Shown: positions 25,618 through 36,047 of the stretch, in pieces
How positions within the stretch are numbered: position 1 is the first letter of the stretch
Layout of the letters: each line of letters begins with the position of its first letter
Source of the DNA: Camelus ferus
Taxonomy: Eukaryota
Length of the DNA: 64,000 nucleotides
Assembly: GCF_009834535.1 (NCBI RefSeq)
Contig: NC_045707.1
Coordinates: 4,216,001-4,280,000 of the forward strand
Reading direction: 5' to 3'
Position numbers and translations under genes: made by a program
Notes under the pieces: generated by a model
What the model saw: only the letters and a program-made list of their open reading frames with translations
Databases searched by the model: none
Told to the model about the DNA's origin: nothing

Positions 25618-26536
25618 GTGAGTGTCAGCCCGGGGCTCAGCCCGGCATGCAGTGTGACTGGAGCGTCAAGCCTGGTCCCTTATGGAAAGTGTGGTCCTCC
25701 AGAGGCATCCTTGTGGGAGGGCATCCTTTTAATTCATGTTATTGCTATTACTGAAAACATTTTTAACTCCTATTTGGGAATTACTGTCAGAGTTTGTTCA
25801 AGAAGCTTCAAAGACAGTCAGTCTCATTAAGATTTTTGGGTCCCAGTGATATTATCTAGTTTGACTTCACTTTATTCCCAAGACTTGGCCAGGAATCAAC
25901 TTTAGTCATGTCTGAGAGTCAAATCCATTCTCAAAGGGTGATATTTTGCCAACATTAGAAGGATATGTCGCAGCTCCAAAGGCAGTTTTCGAGCTCTTCA
26001 AGGGCAGAGGGGTTGCGTTCGTTTCCGAATGTCCAGTACCCGTCCTGGCACAGGGCAGGTGCTCATTGGGTGTAGAAACACTGGCACATTAAACAACCGC
26101 TAGTAAGTACTACTAGTTGGGCATTAGCATTTCCTGCGTCTTCCATGATGTGTAGCTCCATAGTAAGCAAATGATAGCTCAGGCTTATTACGTTTAAAAA
26201 GGATTTTTCACTTTATTAAAACTTTACAGTAGGATTTCTTAAATTGTTAAGTGCCCACTACATGTGAAATAATTCAGTTTACCAATTTCAGCGTATATAG
26301 CTTTTCCAGAAAATATCTATTGTATAAAGCAGCATGTTTCTTTTCTCTTATACTTTAAAAGGTTTTATTACTACCTTATTTGATTTTCTGACTTAAAATA
26401 AATGTATTAAATGTGCCAGGTAATGATTAGAGAAAAGAAATGAGTTGTTGGGGTCACACAGTTAGCAGAAGAGGCACTGGGCCTGGAGCCCGTGTGCTTC
26501 GGCCCCCTGAAGGCAGCATGAGCATCTCACCCACAG

Positions 26537-26642
26537 CTGGATCGGTCAACCCGGGAGGTGGAGCTGGGTCTTGACTACGGAACCCCCACCATGAACCTGG
26601 CTGGGCAAAGCCTGAAGTTTGAAAACGGCCAGTGGATAGCAG
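26537..26642 (+). CDS. CBY1: CBY1 coding exon 2 (LDRSTREVELGLDYGTPTMNLAGQSLKFENGQWIA)
   Basis: ccacag acceptor, GT donor, 106 nt; matches human CBY1. Confidence 0.96.
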
Positions 26643-26726
26643 GTGGGCTGCATTTCCTGCCATTTTGTCCAACAATATTGTGGGAGGAAACACCCCTTGT
26701 AACTGCTGGTTCTGTCCTTCCACCAG

Positions 26727-26845
26727 AGACAGGGATTAGTGGGGGTGTGGACCGGAGGGAGGCTCAGCGCCTCCGGAGACGGAACCAGCAGTTGGAGGAA
26801 GAAAACAATCTCTTGCGGCTGAAGGTGGACATCCTGCTGGACATG
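26727..26845 (+). CDS. CBY1: CBY1 coding exon 3, coiled coil (ETGISGGVDRREAQRLRRRNQQLEEENNLLRLKVDILLDM)
   Basis: caccag acceptor, GTGAGG donor, 119 nt. Confidence 0.96.
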
Positions 26846-27354
26846 GTGAGGCAGGTGATGGGCAGAGATGCCTCAGCTTCTCTTAGGGAGGTTCACGCGA
26901 GTCATTTCAGCCAGCTCATGCCTCTTGATTGCTTTTGCCCAGGTACAATGCTGTGAATCCAAAGATACAAAACCAAATTAGACACAGTCCCTACCCTCAG
27001 GGCCTTACAATCTAGTGGGGAGATGGACAACACACATAACAGTGTCTCCTTGTAAGGGCAGTCTGCACGACAGAGACGAAGTCATTCTGTCGTGTCAGGA
27101 AGACATCACAGGGAAGGGAAGTTTGAGCTGAATGTGGAAAGATTAAGGTAGGAATGGAGACTAGGATGAAGACATTCAGGAAGAAGGACAGCCTGCTCCT
27201 GGCTGGGAGAGGTCCCGCACCCAGCAGCTGTCAGTCAGTGCCCGTCGCAGACCTGCGGAGGGCCGCTCTCTGCATTGGCGTCGGTTTCTTGTGGATTTAA
27301 AAAGCCAGCAGCCTGTTTGGCCTAGAGGTGTATGTGAGGGTTGATTGAGTCAGG

Positions 27355-27590
27355 AGTGCATACAGTGTAGTGGTTAAGAGCACATGTATGGGGCTAAAAG
27401 GCCTGGGTCCATTGCCCAGCTCCTCCACTGGCTGTGTGACTTTAGGCAAGTTACTTAGCTACCTGTGTAAAGAAACTTAGTTTCTTCAACAGTAAAATGA
27501 ACATGATAGTAGGATCTATCTCATTCGTGAGTTAATAATACAAGTGAAGCTCTTGGAAAAGTGTGTTGCTCAGGAAGTGTAGCTCTTTTA
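27355..27590 (+). mobile_element. MIR SINE (one of many MIR and L2 remnants in the window)
   Basis: gtgtagtggttaagagc...ctgtgtgactttaggcaagttactt MIR core. Confidence 0.7.
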
Positions 27591-28086
27591 TTTTCCAGTA
27601 AGCTGACCTCTAGAGTTTATATCTGTCCGTGTCTCTCTCTGGAATGTCTTCCGCCCTCTACTCTGAAGTCCGCTGAAAGATCCTGATGAGGAAAGTGGCA
27701 TTCTTTTTCAAGCATTTTCCCCACTCATCACCATTATGTGAGCCACAGCTCAGAAGCAACTTGGACCCTCATCCTTTAGCCTTAAAATCACCAGTATCTG
27801 CCTTTTTCATCACTTGAGGCCAGTGTCCTTCACACAGTGAGTGCCACACAATCCTAGGTGATCAAAAATGTTGATAGAGTGGATCATGAATATTCTTCAA
27901 GTACTCAAGGACCTGGGTCATCAGAAAGTTACTCTCTGCCCAGTTACAAAGGGGTTCCTGCCGTGGGAGCTGCCGGCAGCGTTAGAGAAGTGCCTGGGGG
28001 CCTTTCCCAGCGCTAGAGGCTGGCCTCGCCAGCCTCAAACAGCCCAGGACACCCTTCTTCATAATGGTTTGCTGCTTTACTTCCAG

Positions 28087-28167
28087 CTTTCTGAGACCAC
28101 TGCCGAATCCCACTTAATGGAGAAGGAATTGGATGAACTGAGGAGTGTCAGCCGGCGGAGAAAATGA
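28087..28167 (+). CDS. CBY1: CBY1 last coding exon (LSETTAESHLMEKELDELRSVSRRRK*); total CDS 384 nt = 127 aa
   Basis: ttccag acceptor and TGA at 28165-28167; all four exons join in frame. Confidence 0.96.
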   Translation, partial: LSETTAESHLMEKELDELRSVSRRRK

Positions 28168-28751
28168 AGACCCCAAAGACATCTGTCAGGAGAATAGGGG
28201 GAAACCCATTGATCAGAAGAAGAGGACGTGGCTGAGGGATTTATTTTAGTCAAACTAGTAAATTAGGTCCTGGGAGAGAGTATCATATAATGGGGCCAAA
28301 AGGCACTGCCCACCTTGGGTTGGCAGTAGGAAGGTGACAGCATTCCAGAGGAAACCAGGATTCCAGGCCAGTCCAGTGCTTCACGGCACAGGGAGGTCTG
28401 GGGTGATGGGAAGCCTTTGGGTACTCTCCTGGCACTTAACATACACACACACGTGGCCCAGGCTCACCCTCATTGGACAGACTCTGTTGGGAGAAGCAGG
28501 AGTTTATCATATCCCCCCTCACGTTGGTGTTTGGGGTGTGTCACCAGTTGTACGGAGCCCTGCTGCAAGGGGGTCTCAGATGAGAGGCTCTCCTGGTTGT
28601 CTGCCCTTCAGGCCACTCCCTCCCTCCTGTGAAGAATACTGTTCCCGGAATCCACAACCTCCTCTGGCTTCAGCGTCTTAGCAGCAAGCACCAGCCTTCC
28701 ACAGCAACACTATATTTTTGTGCTACTTTCCTGTTTACCCTACTTTTTTAA

Positions 28752-28757
28752 ATTAAA
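28752..28757 (+). terminator. CBY1: Candidate CBY1 polyadenylation signal ATTAAA
   Basis: An ATTAAA hexamer about 590 nt after the stop, in U-rich context; cleavage site not determinable. Confidence 0.45.
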
Positions 28758-29653
28758 TGATATTATATAATCTCTCTCTGGCCAACATGACTGAAAAAAA
28801 CATCAGTTCTTGAAGAAGTAAATAATGGAGCCTGGGTTCTGAGCTTCCGACGCACCATCCAAAGACAGAACATTTAGGTTGTGGGGAAATGTCACCATTG
28901 CAGGAGAAGCATTCCACCTTCCTGGGTGTTGGCAGAGGCTGATCTGGAAGAGAAACAGTGTCTCTGCCCAGATTCCCCTGCCTTCCTCTTCTGGGTGTTG
29001 AGACTGGCTACTGAGTGGTTGGGATTGGGGACTGGATTCCGAGAGTGGGAATTTGTGCCTTAGAGTGAACTGGGCTTCTCTGGCTGGGAGAGGGAGCCAG
29101 CCAAAGTCAGAGAGAATCTGGCTTCCAGAGTCAAGGGGAAGGGACACAGAGTCCTGGGCTTTGGACCAGGGATGGCTGCTAAGGCCAGCAGTTTCTGAAC
29201 ACCTGGCACCCTCCTGGGATGGGGCTTACACTGTCATTTCCTCCTCATCTTTGCCCTAGGGAGCAGGGCCTGTCAATCAGCATGACTACTGACAGATAAG
29301 GAACCAAACCCCAGGAGGTTTGGAAACTGGGTCTAGGATCCTACAGTGGAAGTGTGGGAGCCTGCTGATGACAGCCTGCGGTGAGAGGCGCTGGGTGTGG
29401 AAGCTGCTGTTTCTCATCCACCCTCAGCACCAGCTCCCTGGTGGTGGACAGAATGAAGCGTGGCTGTAGCCCCAGCCCATAACCTTCCTTTCTGATACAG
29501 GAGAGAATAATTCGGAAGAAACTGGAAAGAGATACTATATGCAGGGTGTAAATCTTCAGATGCAGGTAACAGGAGCAATGGAGAGTTTGCTTTTTCCTAG
29601 ACGGTAACATTAGCAACCATTTGCTCGTGCCCTTGATGCCAGACACCTATAGA

Positions 29654-30132
29654 CAGTCCCCTACTCACGATGGTTCAGCTTAGAATTTTTTGACTTTATG
29701 ATGCTGCAAAAGCGATATGCATTTATTATATGTGTATAAACCATATTTCAAGTTTTGAGTTTTGACCATTTTCCGGGCTAGCGGAATGCAATGTGATGCT
29801 CCCTCATGCTGCGAGGCAGCAGCAGCGAGCTGTACTCATCGGCAGTCAACTCGATCACACGGATAAACAACCCACACACTTAAGACCATTCTAGACCCGG
29901 ACAAGCACTCTGTTTTTCATTTTCAGTACAGTACTTGATAAATTACATGAGGTACTCAACACTTTGTTGTAAAATANNNNNNNNNNNNNNNNNNNNNNNN
30001 NNNNNNNNNNNNNNNNNNNNNNNNNNNNNNNNNNNNNNNNNNNNNNNNNNNNNNNNNNNNNNNNNNNNNNNNNNNNNNNNNNNNNNNNNNNNNNNNNNNN
30101 NNNNNNNNNNNNNNNNNNNNNNNNNNNNNNNN
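29654..30132. mobile_element. TcMar-Tigger remnant (Tigger3/Golem-like); right end masked
   Basis: Begins cagtcccctactcacgatggttcagcttagaattttttgactttatgatg, similar to the recalled Tigger3 terminus. Confidence 0.65.
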
Positions 30133-31835
30133 CATAAACCAAGAAGGGCTATATTTCTAATTCTCATGAGAATTTTTCAAGTTTGTTACCATCCCCTGCT
30201 TTTAGATGGAGAAACAAACCCAGCAAGGTCATACAGCTGGAGGGAGAGCGAGCCAGGATTGAAACCTGTGGAAGCAGGAGGTTGTCCTTTTGGTTGTCGC
30301 AGTGATGTGGGTCCCCTCTGCACCACCACTGGCATGTGAGGGGGCTGGAGCCTTGTGTGGGGCAGCTCTGCAGTGAAAAAGGACTTGAATTTTGGACAGT
30401 TAGGGAAGCAAGCCATTGGAGAGTTTCAGCAAAGGAATGCTATGACTGACTTTAAAAAAAAGAAAAAGATCCCTCTGGCTTCAGTGTGGTGAGAACAGTC
30501 TGAAGGGGGCAAGGCGGGGACCAGGGAGGTGGCAGTAGAGGAGGTGAGGTGGTCAGATTCTAGACATGACTTGAAGGTGGAGCCCACCAGTGTCTGCTGA
30601 TGAATGTGGCGTGTGAGCGAAGTCAGGGATAATCCTATTAATGAAGTCTCTAAAGGAACAGGGAAAAAGAGTCACCCATATCTCACGACCCTAAGCCTTG
30701 TTGGTCCCCCCACACACACCTGAAATGCTATATGCTTTCGAGATCTTACCTTTTGGGCAGATACGTCCTTTAGGTTCTGGTTCACCTTCCTCCTCCTCAA
30801 AACCTTTATGAAGTCTACTGCTTATGGGGGCACCCATTGTAGATAGTGGCATCTACTAGATGTATCTTTTGTAATCACTGCAACAGTTTTATCTGTTTTT
30901 GTGCTGAGTGTCACATTAAGGAAGAACTTACTGGAGAGCTGAGATAGAAAATTCTGTGGGTGTGAGGAAGGGAGTGCCAACAATTAGAGGAAGTTTTACA
31001 GTCTGAGGCCTAGTGAGGGGGTCCATGTGCACAATTGTACAGATATGGGTTAATGTGTGTGGTTTATTTACTTATAGCTTTTGTAAAATCTCGAAGGGAC
31101 CCACGCTCCACAACGAACTGAATTAGGAACTGCTGCATTACCAGGACAGAAACAGGAAAGGTGAGGATCGTGCACTTGAGGGACAGGGAATGAGAGGAGG
31201 TGGGGGCAGGGTTCTAGAACACCTCATCTCCATCCAGATGGCAGAGTCACCTCTGTACCCAGCATGGGACATCATCACTCACTTGATGGCATCCTTACTT
31301 GTCCCTCAACTGAGGCCCTGGGCTGACATCATTCTTACCATATGTCTTCATTGCTGCTACTGAGCATTTCTCAGTGAAGGTTTCCCTCCTTCTCCACCAG
31401 CTCCTCCTTGAACCTCTTGGGGTGGGGGAAGAAGGTGTCCTTCCCTCCACTGACCATTTTTAGGAGATTTTTGGGGGAATAGTTCTGATTTTTTTGTTTT
31501 TAATTTAAAAAATATATGTGGCAAAACACACATAACATAAAATTTACCATTGTAACTATTGTAAAGCATACAGTTAAGTAGTATGAAATACATTCACAAT
31601 GTTGTACAACCATTACCACCATCCATCTCCATAACTCTTCATCTGGTAAAACTGAAGCTATATACCTGTTAAAAACTGACTCTACTTTCTATGAATTTGA
31701 CTAAGTACCCCGCGACCTGTCTGATTTCACAGGGCTCTATTCTGTCTTCCCTTCTCACTTTACCTTTTCTAAATCACTTCATCTATTCCTAAGTCTTTGC
31801 ACACTCTGCAATGCCTGATTCCCAGTATTTTTTCT

Positions 31836-31943
31836 TTTATTTTTTAAAATTATTATTATTTTTTTAATGGAGGTACTGGGTTTTGAACCCAGGACCTCGT
31901 GCATGCTAAGCACCTGCTCTACCACTGAACTGTCACCCCCCCG
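31836..31943 (-). mobile_element. Full-length tRNA-derived SINE (Vic-1-like, camelid) with degenerate TSD
   Basis: Minus strand reads GGGGGGTGACAGTTCAGTGGTAGAGC...GGGTTCAAAACCC AGTACCTCCATT plus an A/AAT tail, with A-box and B-box. Flanks are 14-nt direct repeats with 2 mismatches (31822-31835 and 31944-31957). Confidence 0.85.
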
Positions 31944-32119
31944 CCAATATTTCTTCTTATCCCTTGACAATTTTATAATTATTGAAAGAGCTCTTTTAGC
32001 CTTAAACATAGATTTTTTTAAAAGTCATGTACTGTTTTTGTGAATATAAACAAAATTAATTGGTCAAAAGTTTCCTAGGACTTTTTCACATTTGCATTGT
32101 GACTTTCCACTTGGAGTTA

Positions 32120-33231
32120 CCGATGGGGGGGGGGGAGATTAATTGATCTTAGTCCATCTAAGAAAGAAATGGAAAATTTTATTTGAGCCAAGTTGAGTAT
32201 TATAATCTGGGAAAAGACTCTCAGAAATGTTCCATGTGTTAGAGGTCAAAGCAGTTATTTTTTGAAGCTGCGGGCTGTATGTTGAATGATGTATTGCTGA
32301 CAGTTTACACAATCCAGATCTATTTGTGCAAAGCAAATAGTGGGTCATGGGTCACTGTGGCCTTTTACAAGATTAAGAAGGAAGGTTATCTCCTAAGGAG
32401 GTCTGGTTAATGCAGATGCATAATACATGCTAATGGGCAAAGAACAAATTTATGCTTATTTTATGTTTAAATTTTTCTTGTCTTTCCATAAAATATGAAT
32501 TTTATTTCATCAGAGTCAATGCTGTCTGTACTTTCCACATGAGAGTGTCTTCTCTGCTTTCAAGAGTGATGGTCTTCCAGCATTTCTTAAAAGAGCCTAT
32601 AAAAGAATCAAAAGTCATTGGCACTGGGTTCTTAAGCTGCCCTTGCATGTATGTAGAGCTAGCCTGTTACTGAACTCAGATTCAGCTGCTCTCCAAAGCC
32701 AGTACTTGAGAGACAAGTGTTGGTTGAAAAGGAAAGATTGCTTTACTCAGGAGGCCAGCAACCTGGGGAGAAAGCAGATTAGTGTCCAAAAACCAACTCT
32801 GAAGATTCTGCTCGACCATGAAAGTTTTTAAAGGGAGAATCATTTGGGGAGGGAGCCAGAGTCTGCCTTACCATCTACTGGGTGCAGACTTCCTTCTGAT
32901 TGGTTGGTGGTGAGGTAACAAGGTAGTGTTCCAGGAACCCTGTGCCCAGCCTGAGTAGGAACCTTAGTTCCTGCAAAACTCAAAGGTATTGTTATGTATA
33001 TGTCCTGGGGAGGAATCAGGATTCTGCTTTAATTGCTGCTCTACTGGTTCTTCACTGTTCCTCCTTTGTTTCTGCATTCCCTCCTTTCCCTGACTAGGAA
33101 CTCTGAATCTGCCCCTTGGAACTTGGGGGAAGGTCTAGGAGGTTGAAAAACCTACTTCCTACAAACGAGAAACAGAGGACACTGAAAGAACTTGTATCCG
33201 GGAGGGCCCCACAGGATCCTGCTCAGTTTCA
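32120..33231 (-). mobile_element. ERV1-class LTR, about 1.1 kb, left boundary approximate
   Basis: Minus strand starts TGAAACTGAGCAGGATCCTGTGGGG, similar to artiodactyl ERV1 LTR starts, and contains a ttctgattggttggtggtgaggtaac block typical of such LTRs. From recall. Confidence 0.6.
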
Positions 33232-33549
33232 AGCCTACTTAAATTAGAAAGAAAGGAAAGGAAGGGGGGGGGGGAGAGAAAGAAAGAAGAAAAAGAAACA
33301 AAGAGAGAGAGACATGTAAAAAGCATAATTCATAAATGTACATACAGCCTGATGAATTATCCAAAATGGGCATACCCATGGAAACACCAACCACATCAAG
33401 AAATAGAATTTGAGCAGCATCCCAGAAACTCTTGCCTTCCCAAATATTACCTCCTCCTCCTCAAAGGAAATCACTGTCTTTCTCACCATAGATTGGCTTC
33501 GCCTGTTTGTAACTTTATACAATGGAATCATACAGTAGGCACATTTTTG

Positions 33550-34414
33550 TGACATGAAGACTTTTTATAGTTCAGAGCTGCCCTGTCCAAAGATGAAAAG
33601 GACTGAGGACTCTATCAGGAGGAAGTGCTAACTCCAGCCGCTTCTCCCCCAAATATGTAAGCACAGAACAATTGAGACTGTCTAATCCCGAGAGTCTTCA
33701 TTTCCACAGTTGGCTAAATAAGTATATCAGATTACTTTTGTACTAAGAACTTGTGGGGCATGTTATAAAAAGAAGCATTTTCATCCATTTTATATGAGAC
33801 AGGAAGGAAGAGGGCAGGGCACAGCCATTCAAGAAATAACAGCAATTAACACCAAGGTGGTGGCAAATTCAACTCCCAAGGAGCCTTGAGGTCCAAGATG
33901 GCAGGAAATTTGACTTCCAGTAGAACTTGAGCTTCATCATATGCTCATTGCAATAAATTAGCATGGTAAATGACAGTCCCACAGGGCCATGACAGTTCCA
34001 AAGCTAACCATAAAAGGTCAAAGAGTGGGTGATGTCCCAATTCCTGGGAATCCCAGCCTCTCCCCCAAAGTAGTTGGAATAATCCTTCCACGTGTTAGCA
34101 TATGAAGTTCTGGAGACCATTAAAAACGCGCCTTGTGGCCTCTCAGTCCCTCATCTTCTGAGATAGTCTCCGTTCTGTCTATGGAGTGTGTATCTATTGA
34201 GCACCCAACCCCAACACTTCGTGGTCTTTCTCTTGCCTTCTAAAACAATCTGTACTCTGTCTATGGAGTATGTATCTCTCTAAATAAATCTACCTTTTCT
34301 CCACTGTGGCTCACTCTTGAATTCTTTTCTGCGCGAAGCCAAGGACCCACACTTGGCGGGGCATGTCCCAGGGACTCAACTGAGACCTGGGACACAGCCA
34401 TCCTCTGCTGAACA
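33550..34414 (+). mobile_element. ERV1-class solo LTR directly upstream of TOMM22
   Basis: AATAAA at 34283-34288 followed by U5-like ttgaattcttttctgcgcgaagccaaggacc; ends ...AACA; internal duplication ctgtctatggagt(g/a)tgtatct. Confidence 0.7.
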
Positions 34415-34623
34415 GAATTACCAGGAAGCACCCCTACACAGTGCTTTAACATATTTTCCAGGTGTCTCACGTTCTCCAAAGCCCCAGACGCCCTCGGCTG
34501 AAGGCGGCCAGAGGGCGGCGCTCTCCCCGAGCCCTTCAGCCTCCGGCTCCCGGAAGGGCAGCTCTGTCCGCCGCTTGCGCTGCACTCGCCTCTTCTCTTC
34601 CGCTTCCGGTGTTCCCCTCAGCC

Positions 34624-34740
34624 ATGGCTGCCGCCGCCCCAGTCGCCGGCCCTGGGGTGCCCCTGTCCCCGGACGAATTGCTTCCGAAAGACGATGCCGA
34701 GAAGCCTGAAGAGGAGCTGGAAGAGGAAGACGACGAGGAG
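34624..34740 (+). CDS. TOMM22: TOMM22 exon 1 (MAAAAPVAGPGVPLSPDELLPKDDAEKPEEELEEEDDEE)
   Basis: GCCATGG Kozak, 117 nt, GT donor; acidic cytosolic domain. Confidence 0.96.
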
Positions 34741-35026
34741 GTACTGGCCCCCGCGGAGCGGGGAGTGAGGTTGCGGGCGGGGAGCGGGAATGTGGGCCCC
34801 GCGTGCTGAGGGATCCGGGCGAAGGCGCGTCGCGGAGCTCGGAAAGGTCCGGGCGGAGGCATCTCCAGCAGGCGGCGTGAGGGCCTCGCTGGGGCCGGGG
34901 TGAGGGCCTCGCTGGGGCCGGGGTGCCCTAGCTCCAGGGGACCCTAGCTCCAGAGTACCGGCATGTCCCGGCGTCGAGGGGTCGTTGCCGCTGCTTCGGC
35001 CCAGACCCGCGCCTTCTCTACCACAG

Positions 35027-35145
35027 CTAGATGAGACCCTGTCGGAGAGACTGTGGGGTTTGACAGAGATGTTCCCGGAGAGCGTCCGGTCCGCGGCTGG
35101 AGCTACTTTTGATCTCTCCCTCTTCGTGGCTCAAAAAATGTACAG
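35027..35145 (+). CDS. TOMM22: TOMM22 exon 2 (LDETLSERLWGLTEMFPERVRSAAGATFDLSLFVAQKMYR)
   Basis: ccacag acceptor, GTAAGG donor, 119 nt; matches the recalled human protein. Confidence 0.96.
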
Positions 35146-35620
35146 GTAAGGGACGAGGGCAAAGACATTGGGTGCGTTCCTGGTGTGACTGAGGTGCCTT
35201 AAATGAACACGAGCTTTGGAAGCAGCAGATCTGGGTTGGAGGCCAGCCTGCCACCTAGATCACTGAGTGACCTTGGACTGGTGTTACCTTAACCTTTCTT
35301 GGTCTCAGTTTCCTTCACTGTAGCATGGGGATTCTTAGCGGACAGGGGTCGTTGTGAGGATATTTCAGATTATGTGAGATAATTACTGTATAAGAAGCAT
35401 TGTGAGAACTCAAATTGTTCAAACTGCTCTCACTAGATGTACAGGCACCAGAACTGCTCCTCCCGTTTTCTGGTAGGAGTAAGGTGTATGGTGCAAGGGT
35501 TAGGTAGAATATGCTTAACAAAAACGTTGGAGTATACGGTGTGAGAGGTTTGGTTACTGGTTTGTTCTTGGTGAAGCTGTCTGCACTTGTCTCGCCGTCA
35601 TGCTCATGCTCCCTCTGCAG

Positions 35621-35738
35621 GTTTTCCAGGGCAGCCTTGTGGATTGGAACCACTTCCTTCATGATCCTGGTTCTTCCTGTCGTCTTTGAGACTGAGAAGT
35701 TGCAGATGGAGCAGCAGCAGCAACTGCAGCAACGGCAG
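35621..35738 (+). CDS. TOMM22: TOMM22 exon 3, transmembrane segment (FSRAALWIGTTSFMILVLPVVFETEKLQMEQQQQLQQRQ)
   Basis: ctgcag acceptor, GTGAGC donor, 118 nt. Confidence 0.97.
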
Positions 35739-35972
35739 GTGAGCCCAGACCCTGGGCTTTTTGCCAGTAGTGGAGACACAGGTTGTTTATTCTTCCAGCA
35801 CCTGGGTAGGGCGGTCAACGTGTGGGTAGGGACTGGGATCCGGCCCATGCTTTTTTAGGTATCTAACTGCCCTCAGCATTGTTTTTGTAGACCTTGTCTG
35901 CCCCAACAAGTGTGATGAAAATGAGATTCCTAGGTCTGTACAGTGCCTTACATTCTTCTTTTTCTTTTCCAG

Positions 35973-36047
35973 ATACTTCTAGGGCCTAACACAGGGCTGT
36001 CAGGAGGAATGCCAGGGGCTCTGCCTTCACTTCCCGGAAAGATCTAG
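35973..36047 (+). CDS. TOMM22: TOMM22 exon 4 (ILLGPNTGLSGGMPGALPSLPGKI*); total CDS 429 nt = 142 aa
   Basis: Long polypyrimidine tract plus ccag; TAG at 36045-36047. Confidence 0.96.
   Translation: MLLGPNTGLSGGMPGALPSLPGKI

Larger units (their letters stand above)
34480..35200 (+). promoter_or_regulatory. TOMM22: TOMM22 CpG-island promoter with tandem ETS/GABP-type sites
   Basis: CCGGAAG near 34552 and CTTCCGCTTCCGG at 34597-34609, just upstream of the ATG. GABP (NRF-2) sites are typical of nuclear-encoded mitochondrial genes. Confidence 0.7.

Noticed and set aside
27868-28086. ORF extending upstream in frame with the CBY1 last exon (99 aa)
   Set aside because: It starts at a TTG in intronic sequence with no promoter evidence, and a proper acceptor at 28086 explains the exon.
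31870-31943. tRNA-like cloverleaf fragment
   Set aside because: It has an A-rich tail and TSD and lacks a complete acceptor stem, so it is a SINE and not a tRNA gene.
35315-35848. 177-aa minus-strand ORF antisense to TOMM22 exon 3
   Set aside because: It is the antisense shadow of the CAG-rich exon plus MIR-derived intron, with no domain or splice support.
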